This document shows, piece by piece, positions 39,467-50,101 of a stretch of DNA of 64,000 nt. The number at the start of each line of letters is the position of its first letter. The first letter of the stretch is position 1. The notes beneath the pieces are model-generated. The model ran no database searches, was not told the DNA's origin, and was given only the letters and a program-made list of their open reading frames with translations. The translations under genes were made by a program, and so were the position numbers. The stretch spans positions 544,001 through 608,000 of the forward strand of contig CAWJSK010000012.1 in assembly GCA_963845535.1 (NCBI GenBank), read 5' to 3'. Source of the stretch: an uncultured Spirochaetota bacterium (GTDB taxonomy: Bacteria > Spirochaetota > Spirochaetia > SZUA-6 > Fen-1364).

Positions 39467-40714
39467 CTACGTGTGCTTCTCTGACTCTGCCAGCGCGCCC
39501 TTTTCTTTCCTGATCTCCTTCAGCTCCCGCGTATATTCCCTCTCGTACGTCGAGCAGCCCACGGGGACCTGGCGGATGAGGAACTCGATGCAGTTATCGC
39601 ACACGGTGCACCAGTTGATGTCGTCCTCTTTGCCCTGCTCGAGCTTGAGGGCGAACAGCGGCTCCGCAAGAGATTGCCTGCCGATGGCCACCATGTCGCA
39701 CACGCCGTCCCTGATGTTCTTGTTTCCCCAGTACAGGAGGGACGATTCCTCCCTCTTCACGCCGCGGAAGTTGTTCTTTCCATTCTTGTAGATCGAGTTG
39801 TTGGAGCCGATAACCACCGTCTCGGGCTTGAGCACGGACCGTATCTGCTTCTGGAAACCGAAGTGCAGGTACGAGGTCTCCGGGACGTTCTTGAACGCCT
39901 GCACGAGCGAAAGCGTGAGTGACGGGTTGCCCGCCGACTCGATGATGTACTTCGCCCCGCGAGCTTCCAGGCCTTTCACCAGGTCCAGGACCTCGGTAAG
40001 GTCCATGATGGGCGTGTCGGGACCCGCGCTTCCCATGCCGCCGGGCAGGCCTTCCCACACGGAAATCTTCGACCCGACGATGAAGCCCGGGTCTTTGATC
40101 TCCTTTTCAATACGCTCGTAGAACTCGTAGGCGAAGCGCGTGCGGTTGGCCCACGTGCCGCCGTACTTCCACTTCCGGTCGTTGAACGGCCGCAGGAGCT
40201 GCGTGCCGAGATACCCGTGGCAGAGCTTGAAGTCCACGCCGTCCGCTCCGCAGTCATGCGCCATCTTTGCGGCGAACACGAACCGCTCCAGGATCTCATC
40301 CACTTCCTCATCCGTCAGGAGACGGCCCTCATAGCCAGGGAACGGCTTCACGCATACCCGTTCGGAGAACTCAGGGCTGGAAAGCTCACCGGAATGCGTG
40401 AGCTGCCAGAGGATGATCGGCTTGGGGTTTGCCTTCCTCATGGTTGCCACGAGCTCCGTGAGGCCTTTCTGGTTCTGGGGGAGCGCGGTGAGCTGGTGGA
40501 GCCTCCCGCGGTTCTCATCCACCACGGACAGGGCTTCCACGACAATGACCCCTGCGTCCCCGCGAGCAAGCCGCTCATAGCGGCGGAAAGCCGTGCTTGT
40601 GGGGTTGCCGTTGGTGTCAGCGTCACAGCACTCCATGGCGTTGATGGCAATCCTGTTGGCGGCTGTCTTCTTTCCGATCCTGACAGGCGTCAGGATGGGC
40701 ATGGTTTCCGTCAT
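39467..40714 (-). CDS. NADH:flavin oxidoreductase (Old Yellow Enzyme family) with C-terminal 4-Cys motif
   Basis: NRIAINAM, QLTHSG, CHGYL, YGG...NR.RF, IGRQ, CTVCDNC-x11-C. Confidence 0.85.
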   Translation of the reverse strand: MTETMPILTPVRIGKKTAANRIAINAMECCDADTNGNPTSTAFRRYERLARGDAGVIVVEALSVVDENRGRLHQLTALPQNQKGLTELVATMRKANPKPIILWQLTHSGELSSPEFSERVCVKPFPGYEGRLLTDEEVDEILERFVFAAKMAHDCGADGVDFKLCHGYLGTQLLRPFNDRKWKYGGTWANRTRFAYEFYERIEKEIKDPGFIVGSKISVWEGLPGGMGSAGPDTPIMDLTEVLDLVKGLEARGAKYIIESAGNPSLTLSLVQAFKNVPETSYLHFGFQKQIRSVLKPETVVIGSNNSIYKNGKNNFRGVKREESSLLYWGNKNIRDGVCDMVAIGRQSLAEPLFALKLEQGKEDDINWCTVCDNCIEFLIRQVPVGCSTYEREYTRELKEIRKEKGALAESEKHT

Positions 40715-41770
40715 AGCATTTCCCTCTTGGAGACTTCCGAGGAGACGAACACCTTGAACAGGTTCGGATTGGAACGGAGCTCCTTGAGGGCAATTTCCAG
40801 CTCCTCCAGCGGCACGATCATCGAGAACATGCTTTCCGGCTTGATGTGGCCGTTGGCTATCAGCGACATCGCATCCGTCCAGTCCGTGCCGACCCCGGCG
40901 CAGGAGCCCACGACGGTTTTTTCTCCGAGCACGAGATCGAACGGCCTTACCTTGATGGTGTCATCACCGGCGCAGATGCCGAAAGCGGCAATGGTGCCGC
41001 CCGGGCGCACCATCTGGAAAGCCTGCTCGTACGTCTTCGGGGAGCCGACCGCTTCCACCACAAAGTCCGCGCCTCGTCCTCCGGTCAGCCGCTTCACCTC
41101 CGCCACGGGGTCATTGCCGTCCTTGATGTTGATGATGACGTCGACTCCGAACTCCTTCGCAATGCCGAGCCTCTTCTCATTGTCCCCGATCACGATCACC
41201 GGCGCCGCCCCGCGGAGGCGCGCCAGGAGGCCGTGGAGCACTCCGAGGCCGCTGCCGATCACCGCCACGGAGCTTCCGTGCGTGACCTTGGCCGCCTTGG
41301 ATGAATGGATGACGCAGGAGACCGGCTCGAATGAACGCCGCCTGGAGGAAGGTCAGGTTCTCCGGCAGCTTGTGCACCTGCTCCCAGGGAGCTTTCACGT
41401 ACTCCGCGTACGTCCCATCCACGTGGATCCCCAGTTGATGGAAATCCGGGCACAGGAGCTTCTGGCCCTGGCGGCAGTAGAAACAACTGCCGCAGCTCAT
41501 GTTGATGTCCGCCGTGACCCTGTCACCTTCGCGGAGGTTGCGCGCCTTCTTCCCCACCTGGGCGATTGTGCCGGAGAACTCGTGCCCCGCAATCAGAGGC
41601 AGCTTGTCCGCCGAGTACTTGCCCGTGTAGATGCTCCAGTCGGTGCCGCAGATGCCGGTGTATTTGACCTTGATCAGGACCTCGTCTTCCGAGATCTCGG
41701 GGACCGGGACCTGCTTGACGGTGATCTTCTCGACCTTCTCGAAAACCGCGGCCTTCATCATCTTTCCCAT
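40711..41770 (-). CDS. Zn-dependent (MDR) sugar-alcohol dehydrogenase, frameshift near 41330
   Basis: GICGTD, GHEFSG, CGSCFYC...C; removing one base restores AAFIEPVSC and joins ORFs 41177-41770 and 40711-41268. Confidence 0.85.
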
Positions 41771-41805
41771 GTCATGTCTTCCTTTCCAGTGTAAATCCGG
41801 TGAAC

Positions 41806-42777
41806 TTAGTTGAACAGAACGTCGTGGCGCCCCTCATAGGGCTTGTCGATGAGGAGCGGCTTCAGGTAGGCGATGGTCTTGGTGATCCCGTCCTGCCGGC
41901 TCATGGTCACATCCTCATGCTCGTAACTCATCACGTAGTCGTACCCGATCATGGAGAGCTCCGTGATCACTTTCTTCCAGGGCACCGAGCCCCAGCCGGG
42001 GATGCGGAAGCGGAACCCGCGTCCCAGTCTCTGCCAATCCCCCTGCGGGATGCGGCCGGAGCGCTTCACGTTGTGCTCCACCACCTCCCCGTCCTTGGCG
42101 TGCACGTGGAGGATGTGCCCCTTGAGCTGGTCAACGAAGCTCTCCACGTTGATGTCCAGGTAGATCAGGTTTGCCGGGTCGAAGTTGAACCCGAACTCCT
42201 TGCGGTTGCCCAGAAGCTCGACGGCCCGAAGCGCGCTGTCAATGTCGTAGACGAGCTGATTGGGGTGCGGCTCGTGCGCGAACTTCACCCCGTACTCCCG
42301 GAACTTGTCCAGGATCTTTCCCCAGCGCTCCACCATCTCCTGCTCCATGTCCGCCCAGCCCTTGGAGTACGGCCACGGGAAGAAGCGGCCGAAGTTCTCA
42401 CACCCCAGGAAGCCGGTCACCACGGGTACGCCCAGGGCGTTCGCCGCGGCGGCGGTCTTGATCATGCGCTCCGTTCCGAACGCGATCTTCTCTTCCTTGG
42501 TGCCTTTGAAAATTGCGTCAGTGTCCTTCCCATAGGGTCCTAGCACGATCTGTCCCTCGGGATGGTTGGCGAGCGCAGAGATGATGAGGCCGTGTCCGCT
42601 CACCATCGAAAGCAGCGCTTTCGCGTTCGAGCCTTTCACGACGTCCTCGATATCCAGATGCGGATTTCCCATGAACGCCGGGATCTCCACCGCCTGGTAG
42701 CCCAGCCCCGCAGCCATGGCGCAGATGTCGTCGAGCTTCTTGTCCAGGAAAGTTGCGGTGAACAATCCGATCTTCAT
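41806..42777 (-). CDS. Xylose-isomerase-like TIM-barrel (IolE/keto-sugar hydratase/lyase-like)
   Basis: HEPHP, FDPANL, HVHAKD, FRIPGWG, SYEHED. Confidence 0.88.
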   Translation of the reverse strand: MKIGLFTATFLDKKLDDICAMAAGLGYQAVEIPAFMGNPHLDIEDVVKGSNAKALLSMVSGHGLIISALANHPEGQIVLGPYGKDTDAIFKGTKEEKIAFGTERMIKTAAAANALGVPVVTGFLGCENFGRFFPWPYSKGWADMEQEMVERWGKILDKFREYGVKFAHEPHPNQLVYDIDSALRAVELLGNRKEFGFNFDPANLIYLDINVESFVDQLKGHILHVHAKDGEVVEHNVKRSGRIPQGDWQRLGRGFRFRIPGWGSVPWKKVITELSMIGYDYVMSYEHEDVTMSRQDGITKTIAYLKPLLIDKPYEGRHDVLFN

Positions 42778-42789
42778 CGTGCTCCCTCC

Positions 42790-44298
42790 TCAGATCTCTA
42801 TGTCGTGAAGCAGGTCGCCCAGGGCGGCCTCGTTCGTTCTCATGCGCTCGAACGCCGGTGCAAGCTTCCGATACGTCTCGACGTTGCCCGCAATGGGCTT
42901 CTCGATGCTCTCCACCCCGTGGGCCTCGTCAACCTTCTCGAAACCGCTCCAGAGGCCCGCGCCAACAGCCGCAACCGCGGCGGCGCCGAGAGTGGCCGCT
43001 TCCTGGTCCACGTTCGTCTTCAGGCAATCCATGCGGTAGACGTCCGCGAAGATCTGGCGCCAGAGCCGGCTCTTGCTCCCCCCGCCTACCATGAGCATCT
43101 CACCGGACAGGGGCACGAACCTCCTGAGCACCTCGAGCACGGCGCCGAGGTTCAAAGCAATGCCTTCCATGGAGGCGCGCGCCATGTCCGCCCGGGTGTG
43201 ACGGAGGTCGATGCCGGCAAAGCCGCCGCGGATGTTCGGACTGGGCTCCTGGGAGCTTCCGCCGGCCAGGCTTGGATTGAAAAGGAGCTTGTTCGCGCCC
43301 ACGGGAGAGGATTCGGCGAGCCGCGTCATATCATCGTATGAGCTGCCCTCGAAGAAGGTGTCCCGAATCCAGCGGAACGAGCTTCCGCCGGCAAAGATGC
43401 TGACTGCTGACGTGAAAAGCCCGGGGACGACGTGGGCAAAGACATACGGCCTCGCCTCATCGTCCAGCACCGGCTTCGTGGAAGAGACGGCAATCCAGGA
43501 AGAAGAACCCAGGGACGTGTATACCCTGCCTTCACGTGTGTTCCGCGCTCCCAGGGCCATGCAGGAGTTGTCCACTCCTCCGCACGCTACCTTCACGGAC
43601 CGGGGGAGTCCCAGCTCCTGGGACGCCGCCGCGCAAAGAGTCCCAACAATCTCGGTTGAAGGCGCGATCTCGGGGAAAATCCCGGCTGGGAGCCCGCTTG
43701 CGCGAATGAGAGCGTCATCATACTTCCAGCCGGCAAGGTCGTAGACGCCGCTGCCGGAAGCGTAGGAGAAATCCGTCAGCGTGCGGCCCGTGAGCTTCAA
43801 GTTGATGTAGTCCTTGGAGCCGATCACCTTGTGGATCCGTTTGAACATCCCCGGCTCATTGTCCCTGTACCACATGATCTTGAAGACCGAGTAGCACGGC
43901 GCGGGGAAGCCGTTCCCCGTGGTCATGTACCAGGGCCTTTCCTCCGCCTTGCCGAAGAAAGCCTCCGCCTGGCGTCCCGCCCTCGTGTCAGACCAGATGG
44001 GAGTCGTTTCCCGGAGGAGCTTTCCCTCCGCGTCCACGGGGACAACGCCAAGGCTCTGCCCGGAAATGGCCATGCATTCGACGTCGGAGCCGCCCGCCCC
44101 GCTTTGCACGAGGAGTCGATGCGTGCTCTCCACGATGGCCTTCCACCAGTCCTCGGGCCGCTGCTCATGCCAGCCGGTTGCCGGGTACACGGTCTCATAG
44201 GAGACGAACGTGGTTGCCAGGCACGCCCCGTCCACGTTGTACAGGGAAGCTTTGCTCCCTCCCGTGCCCAGGTCATAGGCGATGATCTTTTTGGCCAT
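42790..44298 (-). CDS. FGGY family carbohydrate kinase (xylulokinase-like)
   Basis: AYDLGTG, WSDTR, GGVDN, MEGIA, GGGSKS. Confidence 0.92.
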   Translation of the reverse strand: MAKKIIAYDLGTGGSKASLYNVDGACLATTFVSYETVYPATGWHEQRPEDWWKAIVESTHRLLVQSGAGGSDVECMAISGQSLGVVPVDAEGKLLRETTPIWSDTRAGRQAEAFFGKAEERPWYMTTGNGFPAPCYSVFKIMWYRDNEPGMFKRIHKVIGSKDYINLKLTGRTLTDFSYASGSGVYDLAGWKYDDALIRASGLPAGIFPEIAPSTEIVGTLCAAASQELGLPRSVKVACGGVDNSCMALGARNTREGRVYTSLGSSSWIAVSSTKPVLDDEARPYVFAHVVPGLFTSAVSIFAGGSSFRWIRDTFFEGSSYDDMTRLAESSPVGANKLLFNPSLAGGSSQEPSPNIRGGFAGIDLRHTRADMARASMEGIALNLGAVLEVLRRFVPLSGEMLMVGGGSKSRLWRQIFADVYRMDCLKTNVDQEAATLGAAAVAAVGAGLWSGFEKVDEAHGVESIEKPIAGNVETYRKLAPAFERMRTNEAALGDLLHDIEI

Positions 44299-44311
44299 GT
44301 GTACGCCTCTC

Positions 44312-45010
44312 CTACGCTTCTATGCAGCCGCCCGGCAGGGTTTCGACCGCGCGGACGATCTCCACCGCGGTCTTCAGGTTGATGCCGAACCGCGCAACGC
44401 CCATGCGGTGCATCTTTACCAGCGTGTCCAGCCCGCGGATGCCTCCCGCGGCTTTCACCTTGATCCTCTCACCGACAACGGATTTTATGTATCGGACGAT
44501 TTCCAGCGTGGCGCCGCTCGGCGCCCAGCCGGTGGCCGTCTTCACGAACGCGGCTCCCGCGGAAATGCACGCTTCGCATGCCTGGCGGATCTCCTCACGG
44601 CTCAAGTGGTGCACCTCGATGATCACCTTCACGGGAACGGGCCGCACGGCATCCACCACCGCGCGGATTTCCTGTTCGCAGTAGTCCGCGTCCCCCGAGC
44701 ACAGCTTGCCGATGTTCAGCATCAGGTCCATTTCCTGCACGCCGTCCCGCACCAGGAGCTTCGCTTCCGCCACCTTGATCTCTGCGCAGTGCCCTCCGGA
44801 GGGAAACCCTACCGGAGCGCCAATGAGGACGCCCGGCGCCCCGGCGAGCTCCGCGCGGAGAAACGTCACCCAGCAGGGCAGGACGTGGACGGCGATGAAG
44901 TGGTACTGCTTCGCCGCGCGGACCATCTCACGGATCTCCGCCTCTCCGTGCGGGGCCTGGACGGCGCTGATGTCAATGAGACGGGCAATTTCATGAGCGC
45001 TGAGCTTCAT
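44312..45010 (-). CDS. deoC: Deoxyribose-phosphate aldolase family
   Basis: VGFPSG, EMD, VKVIIE, FVKTATG, VKAAGGIR. Confidence 0.88.
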   Translation of the reverse strand: MKLSAHEIARLIDISAVQAPHGEAEIREMVRAAKQYHFIAVHVLPCWVTFLRAELAGAPGVLIGAPVGFPSGGHCAEIKVAEAKLLVRDGVQEMDLMLNIGKLCSGDADYCEQEIRAVVDAVRPVPVKVIIEVHHLSREEIRQACEACISAGAAFVKTATGWAPSGATLEIVRYIKSVVGERIKVKAAGGIRGLDTLVKMHRMGVARFGINLKTAVEIVRAVETLPGGCIEA

Positions 45011-45747
45011 GGGCGATTGGTTCTCCTTGGGGGACGGTCCTTCGTATGGACGCAGTATTCGTAGCGTTCGGCAATGATCAACAGGATGGCGACTTCCACG
45101 GGCCTCCCGCCGCTGTGTGTTATGCGCCGAACCACCAGGAGCGGGGAGTCTCTGGGGATGCCAAGCCTCTCAGCCTCCGCCGGGCTGGACTGACGGGCTG
45201 AGAGGAAATCCGTGGCCGCTTCGATCACGATGTGGTACTCGGACTCCAGGAAGGAGTACAGCGAGACCATTCCCTCGATTCGCTTCTCGATCCCCGGCGC
45301 GAGGTCCGGCACGAGATAGTTCGTCATGAGCGCGATGGGCGTACCGTTGGCAAGCGTCACACGATCGATCTTCGCCAGGCGGGCGCCCGGTTCCAGCTTC
45401 AGGTCAGCGGCGATATGCCGAGGCGCGGGAACAAAGTCCACGGATACCCCGGATTGCGAAACAGTGAAACCTTGCTCCCGCAGCGTCTCGGAAAAAGAGG
45501 TGACGTACTGGAGCTTCTGCGTGGCCTTGAAGTCCAGGATCTCCGTGCCCCTGCCCTGCCTGATATAGAGGAAACCTTGCTGCGCAAGAATCTCCACGGC
45601 CTTTCTGATGGTTGTCCGGCTCACCTGGAAAATCTTCTGGAGGTCCGGCTCGGGCGGAAGAAGCTCGCCGACTTTGTAGTCCCCCACTTCGATCTGGGCT
45701 TTCAGAGAGTTGTAGACCCACTGGTATCGTGGGATGGAACGCTCCAT
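45007..45747 (-). CDS. GntR/HutC family regulator (wHTH + UTRA)
   Basis: LPPE..L...FQVSRTTIRKA, QGRGT. Confidence 0.92.
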   Translation of the reverse strand: MERSIPRYQWVYNSLKAQIEVGDYKVGELLPPEPDLQKIFQVSRTTIRKAVEILAQQGFLYIRQGRGTEILDFKATQKLQYVTSFSETLREQGFTVSQSGVSVDFVPAPRHIAADLKLEPGARLAKIDRVTLANGTPIALMTNYLVPDLAPGIEKRIEGMVSLYSFLESEYHIVIEAATDFLSARQSSPAEAERLGIPRDSPLLVVRRITHSGGRPVEVAILLIIAERYEYCVHTKDRPPRRTNRP

Positions 45748-45777
45748 TCGAGCGAAGCCTCACCTGCGAGTCGGATT

Positions 45778-45795
45778 CATCATGACGTCATGATG
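45778..45795. promoter_or_regulatory. Perfect 18-bp palindrome, candidate operator
   Basis: CATCATGACGTCATGATG between the gntR promoter and its start codon. Confidence 0.65.
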
Positions 45796-45808
45796 TTTAA
45801 GGGTTTTC

Positions 45809-45896
45809 AGCGTAACATGCGGTTTCCTGCTTGTCAAGAAAAAAATGTAACAGAAAAAGGAAAGACTTGACAGAAAACAAAATAAAATAATAGAAT
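45809..45896. promoter_or_regulatory. Divergent sigma70-like promoters
   Basis: - strand TTGACA(45837-32)-17-TACGCT with TG extension; + strand TTGACA(45867)-18-TAGAAT(45891). Confidence 0.65.
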
Positions 45897-45917
45897 TCGG
45901 CAAACGAAGGTGACAAG

Positions 45918-46985
45918 ATGAAGAGCGACAATCTCGAAAAGATAGGCGTGTGCGTCATAGGTTCCGGACGGGCGGGCATGATTCACGCGCGCAATTTCTC
46001 CCACAGGGTCGGCAAGGCACAGCTCGTTGCTCTTGTGGACGCGCACAAAGAAACCCTGCAGGCGGCGCAGAAAGAGCTGGAGGTCGAGCGGGGCTATTCG
46101 GACTACCGCGACGCTCTTGCCGATCAGCGGGTGGACGCGGTGATCGTGGTCACCCCCACGGCGCTTCACCGCGAGGTTGTTCTTTCCGCCGCGAAGGCCG
46201 GCAAGAACGTGCTCTGCGAGAAGCCCATGGCCATGGACGTGCGGGAATGTGACGTCATGATCGAGGCCTGCGACGCCGCCGGGGTGAAGCTCCAGATCGG
46301 CTTCATGCGCCGCTACGACGAAAGCTTCATGGCCGCCCGCTCCCGAATCGAGGCGGGAGAGATCGGCGACGTGGTGCTGGTGAAATCCCTCACTCACGGG
46401 CCGAGCGTCCCCCAGGAATGGATGTACGATATCAGAGCATCCAACGGTCCCCTCGCGGAGGTGAACAGCCATGACATCGACACGCTGCGGTGGTTCGCCG
46501 CGGAGGAGATCGAGGAAGTGTACGCCATAGGCGGGAACTTCCGTTGCCCGCAGGCGCTGGAGAGCCATCCCGATTTCTACGACAACGTGTCAATGCTCTG
46601 CCGGTTCGTTGACGGCCGCCAGGGCTTCATAGACGGCGCGGTCTCCGTGGGCTACGGATACGACGCGCGCACGGAAATCCTGGGGACCAAAGGAATCATG
46701 TTCGTCGGAAGGCGGGAGCAGGACACGGTGGTGGGCTGCTCCACGGACGGAGGGATCACGCAGTCTTTCGTGAAGAGCTGGCGCACGCTCTTTACGGAAG
46801 CGTACGTTGCGGAAGACCAGGATTTCGTGGACTGCATTAGGGAGAACCGTGAACCAAGGGTCCGCGGAATTGATGGCCGCATGGCCGTGGCGGTGGTGAA
46901 CGCCGGCAACCGCTCCATCCAGGAGCGTGTCCCCGTCAAGGTCCAGGCCGCCGTGGAAAGGGTCCGAGCAGGGGGAAACCGATGA
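45918..46985 (+). CDS. Gfo/Idh/MocA dehydrogenase (IolG-like)
   Basis: IGSGRAG, CEKP, GFMRRYD, HDID, YGYDAR.E. Confidence 0.92.
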   Translation: MKSDNLEKIGVCVIGSGRAGMIHARNFSHRVGKAQLVALVDAHKETLQAAQKELEVERGYSDYRDALADQRVDAVIVVTPTALHREVVLSAAKAGKNVLCEKPMAMDVRECDVMIEACDAAGVKLQIGFMRRYDESFMAARSRIEAGEIGDVVLVKSLTHGPSVPQEWMYDIRASNGPLAEVNSHDIDTLRWFAAEEIEEVYAIGGNFRCPQALESHPDFYDNVSMLCRFVDGRQGFIDGAVSVGYGYDARTEILGTKGIMFVGRREQDTVVGCSTDGGITQSFVKSWRTLFTEAYVAEDQDFVDCIRENREPRVRGIDGRMAVAVVNAGNRSIQERVPVKVQAAVERVRAGGNR

Positions 46986-48040
46986 AAGGCGAATCCATGC
47001 AGGCGGCCCTGCTCTTTGGAAAAGATGACCTTCGCTTGGCGGAGCTTCCTGTGCCCCAGATTCAGGCGGGAGAAGTCCTCCTCCGCGTCAAGGCCGCGGC
47101 TGTCTGCGGCACCGACGTCCGCATGTTCAGAAACGGGGCGCGCGGGGTGGGACCGGATACGCCGCTGGTTCTCGGGCACGAAGTGAGCGGCCTGATAGAG
47201 CGCGTCGGCGCCGGTGTTGCCGGCTACGCTGAGGGCATGCGCGTGGCCGTTGCCCCCAACATGGGATGCGGAGTATGCGACATGTGCGTGAGCGGGAACA
47301 CGCAGTTGTGCGCCACCTACAAGGCGTTCGGGATCAACATCCCGGGCGGTTTCGCCCAGTTCATGAAGATACCGGAAGCGGCGGTGCGCCAGGGCAACAT
47401 TGCCCCGATCCCGGAGGGCGCGGACTTCACGGACGCCGCGCTTGTGGAGCCTCTTTCCTGCGTCTACAATGCTTTCAAACAGAGCGGGATCACGGCGGGA
47501 GACACGGTGCTCGTGATCGGCGCGGGACCTATTGGGCTCATGCACGCCAAGCTCGCCCTCATGGGCGGCGCGGCCCGGGTGTATATGAACGACATCAGCG
47601 CCGAGCGCTTGCAGCTCTGCACCAAGGCGGAGCCCTCCATCGTTGCCGTCTCCGGCGGCCCGCTGGTGGAGCGGATGAAGGAGCTGACCGGCGGCCGCGG
47701 GGTGGACGTGGTCATCACGGCCGCGCCCGTGCCGGAGATCCAGGTTGCCGCGCTGGAAATTGCGGCGGTGAACGGCCGGGTCATGTTCTTCGGCGGCTTG
47801 CCGGAAGGCAGGAGCAAGGTGACGCTGGACACGAACCTCGTGCACTACAAGCAGATCAGGATCTCGGGCACCACCCGGTCCAGCCTCAGCCAGTATCGGC
47901 AAACCCTCGCCCTTGTGGCATCCAAGGCGGTCACCGTGAAGGATCTGGTCACTTCGGCGTCCCCGCTTGCGGAGATCCGGGAATCCTTCGACCGCGTCAT
48001 TCAAGGGAAGGGATTGAAGAACGTCGTGGAGTTCGCGTAA
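46982..48040 (+). CDS. Zn-dependent (MDR) dehydrogenase
   Basis: CGTD, GHE, CGVCDMC...C, GAGPIG. Confidence 0.92.
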   Translation: MKGESMQAALLFGKDDLRLAELPVPQIQAGEVLLRVKAAAVCGTDVRMFRNGARGVGPDTPLVLGHEVSGLIERVGAGVAGYAEGMRVAVAPNMGCGVCDMCVSGNTQLCATYKAFGINIPGGFAQFMKIPEAAVRQGNIAPIPEGADFTDAALVEPLSCVYNAFKQSGITAGDTVLVIGAGPIGLMHAKLALMGGAARVYMNDISAERLQLCTKAEPSIVAVSGGPLVERMKELTGGRGVDVVITAAPVPEIQVAALEIAAVNGRVMFFGGLPEGRSKVTLDTNLVHYKQIRISGTTRSSLSQYRQTLALVASKAVTVKDLVTSASPLAEIRESFDRVIQGKGLKNVVEFA

Positions 48041-49541
48041 TGGCTGAGCCTCTTTTCATGGGCGTGGACATTGGCACGCAAGGCGTGAAGGCGGCGATGT
48101 ATGATCGCGCCGGCCGCCTTGTCAAAGATGCGTTTCGAAAGTCAGACCTGAAGCGTCCATCAGCCGGGGTCGTGGAGGAAGACCCCGAGTTCCAGCTCGC
48201 CTCGGTGTGCCAGACCCTGGCTGAATGCGCCCGAGGGGCACCGGCAGGTACCGCCGTGAAGGGCATTGCAATCGACGGCCAGATGGCGGGGATCATCGGC
48301 GTCGGAGAGGACGGGAGGAACGTCACCCCGTACGACTCGTGGCTGGACACGCGCTGTGCGCCGTGGATCACGTTCCTCCAGAAAGAGGCGGGAGCGGAAA
48401 TCGTTCGCAAGACGGGAGGCCCGCCGAGCTTCAACCACGGCCCCAAGATCCTCTGGTGGAAAAACGAACGGCCGGAGGTCTTCCGCCGCATCCGGGCGTT
48501 CGTCCAGCCGGGAGGCTACGCGGCCATGCGCCTGTGCGGGAAGGATGGCTCGCAGGCCTTTATCGACACAAGCTACCTGCATTTTTCCGGGTTTGCCGAC
48601 AGCCGGGCAGGCGTCTGGGATGAAACGCTGTGCCGGCGCTTCGGCATCGACACGGCAATCCTCCCGCGGATCACCGCCTCAAACGAGGTCATTGGCGAGC
48701 TGAGCACCGGGATGGGGAAAGCCTGCGCGCTGCCGCCGGGCGTCCCCGTAGTGGCGGGCTGCGGTGACACCGCGGCAAGCTTCCTTTCGTGCGGGGCCAC
48801 TCGGGCCGGCATTTGCGTGGACGTTGCCGGGACGGCTTCCGTTTTTGCCTGCAGCGTCACGGACTTCAAGACGGATGACAAGGACATGGTGCTAAGCTGC
48901 GGCCGCTCGGCTGTCCAGGGCTTGTGGCATCCGTACGCCTACATCAACGGCGGCGGGTTGAACCTGGAGTGGTTCCGGGAGCAGCTTGGCGCGGGCTGTG
49001 ATTTTGAGACGCTCAACGCCGCGGCGGCCGCCATCCCGCCTTCCGTGGATGACCCGTATTTCGTGCCGCACCTGGGCGGCAGGGTGAGCCCGGGCCAGCC
49101 CCGCCTGCGCGGCTCATGGGCCGGCCTCACCTGGAGCCACGGCATGGGGCACCTGTACCGGGCCGTCCTCGAAGGGGTGGCGCTGGAATACGGCATTTAC
49201 CTGAAGAGCCTGGAGGCGCTGTACGGCACGGGGAACGTGGCGGAGGTCCGCGTGACTGGCGGCGGAGAGAAGAGCGCCGTCTGGAACAGGATCAAGGCGG
49301 ACGTGCTTGGCGTCCCCATCTGCAGATCCCGGGCGCGGGCGGAGCGCCACTTGGCTCCGCCATGCTTGCGGCCGCGGGCGTCGGTGAGGTGGATGACCTG
49401 GACGCAACCGCGCGTGAGTGGATACGCCCCGGGCAGGTGACACAACCCGACCCTTCAAAGGCGTCACTGGGCCGGGAGCGCGTGGAGCGCTACACGGCCC
49501 TCCTGGAGAGCTTGAACGCATGGAGTGAGGAAAGGGAATAG
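48040..49541 (+). CDS. FGGY family carbohydrate kinase, frameshift near 49322
   Basis: GVDIGT, WLDTR, GCGD, LEGVA, GGG; C-terminal GAPLGSAMLAA in the 49116-49541 frame. Confidence 0.85.
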
Positions 49542-49542
49542 G

Positions 49543-50100
49543 ATGACGATGAAGCCGTTTGGGTTGGATTTCGACCTGGTCTGGGGGATCATGAAGGAGC
49601 CTGACAACCACTTGATCCGGCTGGCGTCGAGCATGAAAGGACACTACAAGGACTCCGCGGCCCTGAATGCCCTCGTGGCGGACGGTGACCCCGTTCATTA
49701 CGAGGTCTTCGAGAAAAAGATCCCCGAGGAGCCGGGGCAGCTTCAGTTTTGCATCAGCAAGACGTATCCGGGCACCGTTGGCGGGGAGTGCTTCATGACC
49801 AAGGGGCACTATCACAAGGTCCCTGACACCGCGGAGGTGTATCTGTGCCTGCGCGGCGAAGGCTACATGCTGATGAAGCTCCCGAGCGGGGAGAGCGCGT
49901 ATGAGCGCTTCCTGCCGGGGCGCATGGTCTATGTGCCGCCCCTCTGGGGCCACAGGACGGTGAACACGGGGGATGAGCCGCTCATTTCCCTCTGCGTATA
50001 CCCGGGGAACGCCGGACACAACTACGGGGACATCGAGAAGGAAGGGTTCCCCATCCGCGTGTGGAAGCGCTCCGGCAAGGTGGAGATGGTCAAGAGCTGA
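49543..50100 (+). CDS. Cupin-type (archaeal-like) glucose-6-phosphate isomerase family
   Basis: MTKGHYH...EVY, YVPP..GHRTVNTG. Confidence 0.9.
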   Translation: MTMKPFGLDFDLVWGIMKEPDNHLIRLASSMKGHYKDSAALNALVADGDPVHYEVFEKKIPEEPGQLQFCISKTYPGTVGGECFMTKGHYHKVPDTAEVYLCLRGEGYMLMKLPSGESAYERFLPGRMVYVPPLWGHRTVNTGDEPLISLCVYPGNAGHNYGDIEKEGFPIRVWKRSGKVEMVKS

Positions 50101-50101
50101 C

